A stretch of 64,000 bases of DNA from Halorarum halobium (GTDB taxonomy: Archaea > Halobacteriota > Halobacteria > Halobacteriales > Haloferacaceae), in the NCBI RefSeq assembly GCF_032116555.1, contig NZ_CP134949.1:2914001-2978000 (forward strand), read 5' to 3'. The notes under the pieces are model-generated. The model ran no database searches, was not told the DNA's origin, and saw only the letters and a program-made list of their open reading frames with translations. Positions 50,601 through 59,537 of the stretch are shown here, piece by piece (position 1 is the stretch's first letter; every line of letters begins with the position of its first letter). The translations under genes and the position numbers were made by a program.

Positions 50601-50720
50601 GAGGTCAGTCGCGAGCGCCCGATACTCCGGAACGACATCGTCGACTTCACGATCGAGATCTGAAGGATTGGCCGGCGATTCTACTGGCTGTACCGACGGC
50701 TCTCGCTCTTGGGCGCCCAT
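47688..50720 (-). CDS. FAD-binding plus Fe-S oxidoreductase (GlcD-GlcF/Dld-type fusion; glycolate or lactate dehydrogenase-like)
   Basis: YATDGS, PRGTGSSLGGQ, GAEGTLG, HAGSGTLH, SGEHGDG; ferredoxin motifs CNGCGTC and CVGCKGC..DCP; CCG motif CCGMAGSFG. Confidence 0.9.
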   Translation of the reverse strand: MGAQEREPSVQPVESPANPSDLDREVDDVVPEYRALATDLGAAVAGDVRFDEYAQILYATDGSIYQSRPAGVVYPTSVEDVQTAVEVATDHDVPVMPRGTGSSLGGQAVGPGCVILDMSRHMNEVLDVRPDEQRARIQPGVVQDDLDAVLAEHGLQFAPDPASSNRATVGGGIGNNSTGAHSVRYGITDAYTEEVKAVLSDGTLLHAREVVIDSEEYDHIVGKDDREANVYETVRQLVEDNEEEIAERYPELKRRVSGYNLDRVIYENEDGEQVINLAKLFVGAEGTLGVIVEAEISLVTVPEATTLALYCFDDLVKAMQAVPVALEYDVSAVELMDDEVFRLASESDGYAEYVEPLPEGTAAALMLEYDSELHDDFEAAIAATNERFLDDGNAFDVVEAYTDEDQADIWKLRKAAIPLLMSLEGDPKPYPFIEDATVPPAELAEYVEKFEAVLDTHGTSAAYFAHAGSGTLHIRPVLNLKTEAGIETMHSITEDVTDLVLEHHGAFSGEHGDGMARTEFNPKMYGEDLWAAFKAVKTAFDPGWDMHPGNVVYRDGPDDIGPDSERGVGADMRENLRYGADYQSLEPQTTLDFTDEGGFSDLVELCNGCGTCRQTGSDVMCPTYRASNEEIQTTRGRANLLRAAISGELPESELYSERFQTEVLDLCVGCKGCKSDCPTGVDLAKLKAEVKHEYHQEAGRTVRERLFANVDRVSAIGSNLAPLSNWMQQLPGADFLGERLFGIAAERDTPTFRRETFVDWARSRENRVSIDASSDKVLLFPDTYTNYSYPEPGKAAVDVLEEANVHVRVLAPSEVEPSGRAAFSMGLLDEARDRASTNVDALAPFLEDGWSVVFVEPSDAAMFQDEYLDLLSGGDVRTVSANAYGICEYLNTYRVYDEIEFRVSGEHLTYHGHCNQSALNRDHHTAAVLRAVGYEVDSLDSSCCGMAGSFGYEAEHYDLSKAIGRILYDQVDRSPGESVVAPGASCRTQLDDRYGERVSHPIEKVHEAIV

Positions 50721-50936
50721 ACACTCGATGGCTAACCGAACCTACAAACGCTTTACGATGACATGTGTTCGCTGCTCGGACTGACGGACGGAGAGACGAC
50801 ACCACAGCGTGGTAACCAGATTATCTATGCCCACCGGCCACACTCAGGAGTACGGCCTCCGAACCGGAATGAGCCAGAATCCGGATATGCCGGATGGTAT
50901 CCGTGCGGGAGCGTGTTCTCGGTGTACGTTGCACTT

Positions 50937-51316
50937 CAAGCACCAGTGGAGGCGACGAAGGCTTCCCTCACGATCGTGGAGAATCTTCGGAGATCCGATG
51001 GCTCTGATGGCGCTGAATCGACAGACCGACTCGAGATGCTGTCATGAATCGCCCACGACCACCTTGCAGACGCAAAAAGAGGAGTATTCGGTCAGGGACG
51101 GCGACACGTAGCACGAGCGCACTCGGTTCTTTTAGCTGTAGGAGCCGAACAAAGCTGAGGATTCGAACATTCGAGGTGAGGGAACCGGAGATCGCGGACA
51201 TCACCGGCCGAACGGGCGAACACGCCACCAGCACGATCGAGGAGGACGGCCATTTGGCAATTCTCTCTCAGACCAGCGATTCCCCGAATGAAATCGACGG
51301 AGACGGTCTCGATTGA
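50937..51316 (+). pseudogene. Degenerate IclR family regulator, N-terminal half
   Basis: With stops and frameshifts: QAPVEATKASLTIVENLR...IAHDHL..KEEYSVRDG...FEVREPEIADITGRTGEHATSTIEEDG, colinear with the intact IclR downstream (QVPIKAAKVAHEIVELLR...AHDYL...EEYLVKEG...FEVTKPEIDELAEKTGEHANLMIEEHG). Confidence 0.75.
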
Positions 51317-51586
51317 AGCTGGCTCGAGAGTGTACGAACCACTGACTGCAAAGAGCACTCTGAGGCCGTCGATAAACGGGCGGCCTGCATCGATCCCAGT
51401 CTGTACTACCGGGATAGCAGATGCGACGGAGGACAGAACGCAACGGACCGGTACTGTGAGTCGACTTGCTTGGCGAAACGTTCAATCCCGACACCGAAGC
51501 ACCGAGACAGATCGTGTGAGAACGTGCCGGCACTTCAATCCGACATTCCCGGAATGATTTTGCCGGTGGAGTCCAATCGTCGATCA

Positions 51587-52345
51587 ATGTCGAATCAAGT
51601 TCCGATCAAGGCCGCAAAAGTGGCCCACGAGATCGTCGAATTACTCCGCGAACTCGGGGGTGCGCGCGTTTCGGAAGTCGCAGAACAGATGGACATGCCC
51701 ACGAGTACCGCGCATGATTACCTCCGGACGCTCGAACAGGAAGAGTATCTGGTGAAAGAAGGCAGCCTCTATCAGATTAGCACTCGATACCTCCAGCTAG
51801 GGGAACAGGCTCGCCTCCGCCGAAAGGCGTTCGAGGTCACCAAGCCGGAGATAGACGAACTAGCCGAGAAAACCGGTGAGCACGCCAACCTCATGATAGA
51901 AGAGCACGGGCGTGGCGTGTTTCTGTACAAGGCCCGTGGGTCCGTCGCCGTCCAACTCGACACGCACGCGGGTATGCGCGTCCCGCTTCAGACGACGGCG
52001 CTCGGGAAGTCCATGATGGCCCATCGACCGCGCGAAGAAGTGGAGGCTATCCTCGACCGGCACGGCATGCCGAAGGTGACCGAGAGCACGATCACCAGTC
52101 GAGAGGCGCTGTTCGATGAACTCGATCAGATTCGAGAGCGGGGGTACGCATACGATGACGAGGAACGCGTAAAGGGGATGCGTTGCATCGCCGCGCCGAT
52201 CATCGGCGAGAATGAACGCGCGATCGCCGCCGTCAGCGTCTCGGGCCCCAAGAGTCGGATGCGAAAAGAACGGTACACCGAAGAGGTCCCGGAACTGGTC
52301 CTCAGCAGTGCTAACGTTGTCGAGGTGAATCTCACGTATTCGTGA
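51587..52345 (+). CDS. IclR family transcriptional regulator
   Basis: Start MSNQVPIK at 51587; HTH VSEVAEQMDMPTSTAHDYL, TALGKS, IRERGYAYDDEE, AAVSVSGP. Confidence 0.93.
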   Translation: MSNQVPIKAAKVAHEIVELLRELGGARVSEVAEQMDMPTSTAHDYLRTLEQEEYLVKEGSLYQISTRYLQLGEQARLRRKAFEVTKPEIDELAEKTGEHANLMIEEHGRGVFLYKARGSVAVQLDTHAGMRVPLQTTALGKSMMAHRPREEVEAILDRHGMPKVTESTITSREALFDELDQIRERGYAYDDEERVKGMRCIAAPIIGENERAIAAVSVSGPKSRMRKERYTEEVPELVLSSANVVEVNLTYS

Positions 52346-52458
52346 GTCTTCGGCGGTTGGCGTCGGGATTCGGGCCGATACGCTGCTAGCGTTCGGGATA
52401 CGCTGCTCAGTGAAACACAACAGTTAGGAGGGTGTGGCCTGACCACAGGGAGGAGACG

Positions 52459-53316
52459 ATGCAGTTTGTTCGCTACACCAACGGTAGCAACGCACAATGG
52501 GGCGTTTGTCAGGACGACACGATCGTACCGGTCGCTGGTCTCCGAGAGGAGGTCTCCTACCAGCAGTTGACCGACTCCGGCTTCCTGCGACTCGTCGAGA
52601 ATGCGGTCAAGGCTGCAGGATCGAATTCGGTCGCCGTCGACGAGACCCGGATCCTGACGCCGGTTCCTCGCCCCGGGAAGATCGTCTGTGTGGGACTCAA
52701 CTACCACGACCACGCCACAGAGCAGGACGAGGACGTCCCCGAGCGCCCGCTGTTGTTCGGGAAAGCAAGTACTTCGGTAACCAATCCGAGAGACCCCATC
52801 GTGCACCCGGCGGACCTGGAGCAAGTGGACTACGAGGTCGAGCTCGGCGTTGTGATCGGACGCACTGCGAAGGACGTCTCAGCGAGTGACGCCCGCGACT
52901 ACGTCGCCGGATATACGGCGATAAACGACGTCAGCGGGCGCGATGCCCAGTTCGTCGACGAACAGTTCTACCGCGGGAAGAGTTACGATACGTTCGCACC
53001 AATGGGTCCAAGCCTGGTACCGGACGAGTACCTCGAACCAGACAGCCTTGATGTGGCGTGTCGAGTTAACGGCGAAACGAAACAGTCATCCAACACGAGC
53101 GAATTCATCTTTGCCGTCGACGAGCTCATCGAGTACATTTCCGGGATCACGACGCTGCGTCCCGGAGACGTCATCTCGACGGGAACGCCCGGTGGCGTCG
53201 GGATCTTCCGGGATCCGCCCGAACTCCTGGAACCAGGCGATACCGTCGACGTCGAGATCGAGGGGATCGGGACGTTGCGGAACCCGGTCGTCGCTGAGAG
53301 CGACCCTGGGGTCTGA
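52459..53316 (+). CDS. Fumarylacetoacetate hydrolase family protein (candidate 2,4-diketo-3-deoxy-L-rhamnonate hydrolase)
   Basis: KIVCVGLNY, DYEVELGVVIG, NDVSGRD, GKSYDTFAPMGP, TGTPGGVG; GGAGG upstream of ATG 52459. Confidence 0.9.
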   Translation: MQFVRYTNGSNAQWGVCQDDTIVPVAGLREEVSYQQLTDSGFLRLVENAVKAAGSNSVAVDETRILTPVPRPGKIVCVGLNYHDHATEQDEDVPERPLLFGKASTSVTNPRDPIVHPADLEQVDYEVELGVVIGRTAKDVSASDARDYVAGYTAINDVSGRDAQFVDEQFYRGKSYDTFAPMGPSLVPDEYLEPDSLDVACRVNGETKQSSNTSEFIFAVDELIEYISGITTLRPGDVISTGTPGGVGIFRDPPELLEPGDTVDVEIEGIGTLRNPVVAESDPGV

Positions 53317-53422
53317 TCTCGATCCTGGCCCTCCCTGGGTCCGGGGACCCAACTACGCCGGTTTTGAACTCAGACAGTTGTCACACCCCAACGTTTAGTA
53401 GCATATCCTCGGTTCTCCCGTC

Positions 53423-54292
53423 ATGGTACTAGATTCGCACACCCATGCGTGGGGCCCCGCGAGCGATGAGCACCCGTGGGTCAACGGACCGCTCCTCGAC
53501 CGGGTGGATGAGTTCGAAGTGCACACCGTGTATACCGCGGACCGATTGCTCGACGATATGGATCGCAACGGCATCGATGAGGCCGTAGTCGTGGGGTACC
53601 CGATCTGCGACTGGACTGATAACTGGTATACTATCCGGGCGGTCGAAGACAGCGAGCGGTTGTCCGGTATCGTCATGATCGACCCGTTTGCCGACGACGC
53701 GAGTGAGCAGTTTAGGGAGTGTATGGCCGTCGACGGCGTCATCGGAATTCGGCTGGGCGGAGCGTGCCCGTACGATCGGATGTGGGAAACATTCGACCCG
53801 GACGTATCGTGGCTGCGAGAGACGCTCGACGAGACGGCGTTTTGGGAGACCGCCGTCGAAACCGACGCAGTCGTCCAGCTCCTCTGTGACCACAGGCAGC
53901 TCGATCAGGTGATTGACATCGTCGAGACCTATCCCGAACTGACCTACCTGATCGACCATTTCGCACACGCCGGTCCGGACACGCCGAAAGACGAGGGAAC
54001 GTTCGCGCAGTTCGAACGACTCGCCGAATACGAGACCGTTGCCGCGAAAATCTCCGAGGTTCCCCACATGTCGGAGCTGGGTTTTCCATACGGCGACATG
54101 CACGCCCACGTCGCGTGGCTCGTCGACCGATTCGGTAAAGAGCGAGTGATCTGGGGGTCTGACTACCCGAACGTCAGTGATGTGGCCACCTACGGCGAGG
54201 CGTACCACTGGCTTCGATCCGTCGATTGTCTCTCCGAGACGGATCGACGGTGGCTCAGGGGCCGGTCGTTCCGACGGCACGTCGGCCTCTAG
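53423..54292 (+). CDS. Amidohydrolase_2 family protein (candidate sugar lactonase, L-rhamnono-lactonase-like)
   Basis: DSHTH, IDH, AAKIS, RVIWGSDYP motifs. Confidence 0.85.
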   Translation: MVLDSHTHAWGPASDEHPWVNGPLLDRVDEFEVHTVYTADRLLDDMDRNGIDEAVVVGYPICDWTDNWYTIRAVEDSERLSGIVMIDPFADDASEQFRECMAVDGVIGIRLGGACPYDRMWETFDPDVSWLRETLDETAFWETAVETDAVVQLLCDHRQLDQVIDIVETYPELTYLIDHFAHAGPDTPKDEGTFAQFERLAEYETVAAKISEVPHMSELGFPYGDMHAHVAWLVDRFGKERVIWGSDYPNVSDVATYGEAYHWLRSVDCLSETDRRWLRGRSFRRHVGL

Positions 54293-55776
54293 TCCCTGGC
54301 CGTCACGTCGGGCCGGTTGCCCCAGTCCTCCTTGGCTCCCACACCGTACATCGAGGTCTCTCGAACGCTACGTCGATGTTGGACACGACAGTATCGTCAT
54401 CGAACCGAGCGGCCATGTGCTGGTTCAGCGCGAATACGAACGGTTGCTCGCGATGGAGCAGTATCGTCACTTCGCATCCAATCGCGTCGAGTTCGAGGAA
54501 TACATCTATGGGTTGCTTGATCACGAGGCTCTCGGGGACGCGTCATGCGACGGTTCGGGGGAACGGATTGCATGATTGCAGATCACAGCCACTGCCAGCT
54601 ACGGACGCGTGGGTTCGAATTACACGCGGGGGCCGTCCGTTCCTCTCGTCCGGCAATTCCGGACGGTGGGTCCCCAGCGTGAGTACCAATATGAAGTCAG
54701 TCATCCGTATTTGTGCAGATAGGGCACCCGTTGGGAGTGTCCGACTCCGGTTCGTTACTCTCCAGGCGGTTCGCACTGAGGAGTCGGACACGACAATGCT
54801 TCCGAAATAATCGGATCCATTGTCACGGTGGATTTGACTGCGGCTGCGACGTCGCCTGGCTCGCCAACGTATTGAGTTGCAACGGTGTTTTTCGACGTCC
54901 TCCCAGTCGTCCACGACCATGTTTCGAAATCGTGCCGTCTCGACGGGTCCTACACAGGGGGCGTTCTCCGTCACGCCGGTCGGCCACTACTCAACTGCCA
55001 CTTGCCGAGTGAGATTCGACACCGCAGCTTTCGACCCACAGTCGGCTACCGAGTCGATCCAGCGGCAAGTCCTCGCTGAGCGGAGCTGTTGACGATGCGC
55101 CCACATGGACTTTCTGGAGACAGGGAAGAGCGAGTTTCGAGCAGAGGAATGGTCCCAGGAAGTTGACGCCGAGTACGACATTCGAGTATCCGATGTTTAG
55201 CTCAGTGACGCGGGTGCATGCAGCGATTCCGCGTTATTGGCGAGGATATCCAGGCGATCGAACTCCTCGGCGTCGTATCGACGAGATCGCTGACGTCCTG
55301 ATCTGTCGAAACCTCCGGCTCACGAACCACCGCCGTTCTGCCGTCGGCACGGATCCGTTCGACCGTGGTGCCGGACGCATGCTCGAGTCATGGGCCATCC
55401 GTGATCTCGGCGACGACAGCGGTCGTCTTCTCGTGTACAGTCCGTTCACTCGGGTCGTCGTTCTCTCGCCATCCTCGTCGAGGGATGTCTTTGTACGCCG
55501 CCAATCCCGTCCGAGCTCCCGTTCCGCACGGTTCGTTTTTCGATTCGATGACGCCTCTGTGAACTCGAGCGAGGATGCGTTCTCAACCGAGCGGTTCCCA
55601 CATAGCCACTACCCGGAACCCGAGGTGGTTGGTGTTTGATGTGGACAAACGACCATGAACGGCCCAACCGGCATCATCGAACAGTGAGGCGTTACACGCG
55701 TATCTTTGTAATTTAGAACGGCTCTCCCGGAGACGATATCTGAGTTGTCATCAGCGTCCCCATCGCAATCGTTCGA

Positions 55777-55989
55777 TTCGACCCAGCCGATGGTTTCCCC
55801 AGAACGGGTCACAGACACGAACCAGATGCTCGAACAGTCGATGGCCGAGGACATCTTCTCTACTCGAGCAACTGGCCCCACCAGACGCTCGAGTCGGCAA
55901 CGTGGGCGTTCACCAACCCGGCGTTCGACGAGGACCTCCGGACGGCCATCCTCTACGAGAACGCCGAGGAATCCCCGGGATCTATCTGA
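55777..55989 (+). pseudogene. C-terminal remnant of an amidohydrolase family gene
   Basis: STQPM...MAEDIF, frameshift, YSSNWPHQTLE...LRTAILYENAEE, resembling the conserved SSDWPH...ILxxNA ending. Confidence 0.55.
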
Positions 55990-56345
55990 GCTCGAACCAG
56001 CACACCGAAACGGCGGACGTGAACGACCTGGAACCGGGGAACGGCATGGACGTGAAGGTCGACGGGATCGAGATCGCGCCGTTCAACGTCGACGGCGAGT
56101 ACCACGCCCTCAGCAACCGGTGGCCCACCAACGTGCGCCGCTCTGCAAGGTTGGTGAGAAGACGAGAACGGTGAGAAGTGCTGGAACGAGAACCGTGGTG
56201 GCTTTACCGACGCACCAGCAGTCACCTGCCCGTGGCACCTGTGGGGGGATCGATCTCGAGAGCGGCGACATGAGACGTCCGGCACGTGTATCGGCGTGTT
56301 TGACGTGAAAATGGATGACGACAAGGTGCTTGTGGACGGTTGAGA
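55990..56345 (+). pseudogene. Frameshifted Rieske [2Fe-2S] ferredoxin
   Basis: DLEPGNGMDVKVDGIEIAPFNVDGEYHALSNR(W)PHQRAPL, later TCPWHLWG.IDLESG; first Cys lost and several frameshifts. Confidence 0.7.
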
Positions 56346-57131
56346 CGCTAGTCGTCCGACAGGTCGCGTTCAAAGTCGCGACTCTCACGGGATTACGACC
56401 GCTGTTGGCCCGATTTCACAGTGTCTGTCCGTGCGCTGAAATAATTGTATGAAGGTTGATTGTTCTGGTGTATGCATTCTTAATCGATATATCTGGCACT
56501 CTTCTGGCTCCCATGGATTTCGTGGTGAGATTGGATCAGCTGCGATGAGAGATTTTCGACAGTTCCGGTGCGCTATTGACGAACGCCACTGCATCAGTGG
56601 GATAGATACGCCGTGCTACAGTGTGTCGTTCGAAACCGATCCGCGATTTTTCCATTATACTGGCCCAAATTGGCTATTTTTCGAACGTATCTGAATCGAG
56701 AGTCGGCACTAGCACCGTCTGTTGTCAGATTGGTCCAGAGAGATTGGATAAGCCCCTACTACTGAGCTCGCACACGATACCCCGTAGCGGTCATTCAGCT
56801 GTACCCTGTTGCAGACGATCAGTCGACACTGCTTGGAGAACTGATTGTAATTCTACTATAAATTATGTTTTATATGTGTGGATTCTCGATGTGGATTGCG
56901 AGCGATACTACCGTGCGTGAGAGTGGCGACGAATATCTTCGCTCCAGCCGGATATCGAAACTCCGTGATCAACCCTCACCGATCGGACGATGCCGACGAT
57001 TCAATCGGATGGCTGAGAGCAGGAGACGGCCGAGGGATCGTTCGACGGTGAGTAAACGGACGACGTGGGTTCGTTGTCGAAATCGGATACACAGTCTCCG
57101 TCCATCACGCGTGGACTCGTCTCGTGTGGGG

Positions 57132-57506
57132 TCAGTTCGAGTGACTCAGTGCCTGAAGCTCCCGAACCCGATTTCGAATCGTCACCGGCGTCACGTCCGC
57201 TAAGTCAGCGAGTTCCGCCTGCGTGACCCGTTCGGCCAGCTCGATCCCCGCGACGTAGACACACGCTGCGGCGACCCCGTTGGGATTTCGACCGTTCGCG
57301 ATACCCGCATCGACCGCATCACGAGCAAGTCGCTGTGCCCGCTGTTCGACCGCAGACGCGAGTCGCGCCACGAGTTCGGGTGGCTGGCGAGGCTTCGCAT
57401 CGAGTCCGAGTTCGGCGTTCAGCACCCGATATCCCAGCCGCACCTTCGGCTCCTCACACCGCGCGACCTCTGCAACCTCTGCCAAGGGACATCGACTGCG
57501 CTCGTG
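57132..57506 (-). pseudogene. tfb: C-terminal fragment of transcription initiation factor IIB (end of cyclin repeat 1, cyclin repeat 2 and HTH)
   Basis: LAEVAEVAR...YRVLNAELGL...GRNPNGVAAACVY...TQAELADLADVTPVTIRNR; no N-terminus; apparent internal deletion. Confidence 0.8.
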
Positions 57507-57629
57507 TTAACCAACACAATCCGCGAATCCATAGGATTGTTGGTTAAGACGATGAGGCGACTCCCGTGCCTGCTGACTGTAACACTACTCGAAACTTCTT
57601 TATATATAATTTTCGTACTATGTTACACT

Positions 57630-58553
57630 GTGCTCAGGCGCATCGAACTCGAGGTCCTCGCCACGGTCGACCGCGGCGACACGATCTCCGAGCTCGCGAT
57701 GAAGCTCGACCACAGCGAGAGCTACCTCTCCCGTGCCGTCGCCGACCTCGTCGAGAAGGGGCTCGTCTACACGGAACGCGACGGCCGCCGAAAGCGAGTA
57801 GTCCCATCGGATGCTCGTACTGTCGAACTCTACCAGGACCTCGTCCGCCAGCACTCCCACATCGACTTCCCCGAGCTGCTGACCGGCAAGGCACTCGAGG
57901 TGCTGTACTACATCGACCAGCCACGAACAGTCTCCGAGATCGCCGACCGGAGCGACAACTACCGCAACACGGTTAACCGCGTCCTCAAACGGTTTCGCGA
58001 CCGTGGGCTCGTCGGGACGGCCGACGGCCACTACGAGTTCAACGCCGACCTCGACCGCCTCCACGCGTTCGCACGTGAACTCGCACACCATCTGCATCGC
58101 CACCGCCTCGAAGCCGTCGCCCCGAAGGGCACGATTCTCTGGGAGGACTACGACGAATTCCTCGCCCAGGCCGAGACGGAGATCGACGCGGAGGCGTTCC
58201 ACGAAACCGGTCTCGCTCGGTTCGCGGCCTTCGACCTCCAGTTCCTGCTCACCGGCCACCGGTACTACGTCTACTCCAAGGAACTCAATACAGTCTCACC
58301 AGCGGAGCTGTGTTGTCACACGCTGTTAATCGACGACGGCAGCCGCCACCGCTCGTACTGTCTCCTCCTGCTCAGCCACGTCGATGTCGACGAGGAGAAC
58401 CTCCGAGAGCAGGCGGTGAAGTATGGCCTCGACGACGAAATCGACGCCTTGCTTCGCTACCTCGAGACGCACGGCGAGGTCGATGACGAGCGGCTCCCGG
58501 AGTGGAACGAGTTCCAGGAGCTGGCGGCTGACTACGAGGCACGACTATCCTGA
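57630..58553 (+). CDS. Tandem winged-HTH (MarR/ArsR-like) regulator, probable antitoxin-like partner of a nucleotidyltransferase
   Basis: GTG start at 57630; two HTHs (ISELAMKLDHSESYLSRAVADL and VSEIADRSDNYRNTVNRVL); acidic C-terminal domain. Confidence 0.8.
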   Translation: MLRRIELEVLATVDRGDTISELAMKLDHSESYLSRAVADLVEKGLVYTERDGRRKRVVPSDARTVELYQDLVRQHSHIDFPELLTGKALEVLYYIDQPRTVSEIADRSDNYRNTVNRVLKRFRDRGLVGTADGHYEFNADLDRLHAFARELAHHLHRHRLEAVAPKGTILWEDYDEFLAQAETEIDAEAFHETGLARFAAFDLQFLLTGHRYYVYSKELNTVSPAELCCHTLLIDDGSRHRSYCLLLLSHVDVDEENLREQAVKYGLDDEIDALLRYLETHGEVDDERLPEWNEFQELAADYEARLS

Positions 58554-58590
58554 GACCGAACTTCGTCGCCAGCCGTGGCGTCAGCCAGCG

Positions 58591-59025
58591 TTAGTTCGGA
58601 TCGTAGGGATTCGTCGCTGTTTCGAGCCGATAGACGTCCTCGACTGCATCAAAGTCGTCGTCGAACGCATACAGGTAGCCGAGCCCCTCGGTTTGCATAT
58701 ACGCCAGAATGCAGGCATCGACGAAGGAGAGGGGTTCGTGTTGGCGAAAGATGGCCTTCCCTGTCGCGAGGGCGTCGGTGGTGAGTGAGTCGATGTGGAA
58801 GCGGGCGTTTTCTTCGATGCGATCAAGGAGATCGACGGCTGCGTCGTGGCCGGCGTGGGACGTGAGGTCGTTGAGCGTTTCCGCGAGGACGTAGTCCAGG
58901 ACGACTGCTTCGGGTAGCGTTCCATCGTCGATGCCTTGGAGCACCGGGAGCGCGGCATCGTGGGAACTATCGCGCTGGTATGCGGCGGAAAAGAGGACCG
59001 TCGTATCGATGAGTGCCCGAGGCAT
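58591..59025 (-). CDS. PIN-domain (VapC-like) toxin
   Basis: LIDTTVL, VLAETL, LSFVDA, AFDDDF acidic PIN residues. Confidence 0.9.
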   Translation of the reverse strand: MPRALIDTTVLFSAAYQRDSSHDAALPVLQGIDDGTLPEAVVLDYVLAETLNDLTSHAGHDAAVDLLDRIEENARFHIDSLTTDALATGKAIFRQHEPLSFVDACILAYMQTEGLGYLYAFDDDFDAVEDVYRLETATNPYDPN

Positions 59026-59277
59026 TTACTCGACGTCGACGCCCCAGGCGTCGTGATCACTCGTTACATCGGTCGGCTCCTCACCAGCGTAGCCGTCGAA
59101 TTCGGCGAACGTGCCCGTTTGTTGTTGGATGAACTGTACTCGAATACTCCCGTCATCTTCGATCTGCCAGCGGAGTTGGTCGCCGTCGTCGATATCGAGT
59201 TCACGCCGAATCCGGGCGGGGATGTTTGCCTGGTTTCCAGACACCTTGCTTTCGGCGTCGATTCTGTCGCTACTCAT
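59026..59277 (-). CDS. AbrB/MazE/SpoVT family antitoxin
   Basis: Start MSSDRID at 59277; NIPARIRRELDIDDGDQLRW; abuts the PIN start. Confidence 0.88.
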   Translation of the reverse strand: MSSDRIDAESKVSGNQANIPARIRRELDIDDGDQLRWQIEDDGSIRVQFIQQQTGTFAEFDGYAGEEPTDVTSDHDAWGVDVE

Positions 59278-59537
59278 ATCTCCTAATGGGTGATCGGCCG
59301 TGAAAAGTCTAGTGTGCCGCCACACTACTTTCGATTTGGGTGCTCATTTTTCGTTCGGCCGCGGCGCATTCTCGTACTTGACCATCTTCGCGGGCTTGTC
59401 GGAGATGGTGTCGTAGATCTGCTGGAGCGTCTCTTCCGCGGCGAGCAGGTTGTGGTCGTCGAGGAACTCCCGGCACGTTTCGCTTCTCCCTTCACAGCGA
59501 CGCTATCCGCTCGCCGTCTCCGGATTCAACAGAGCAG

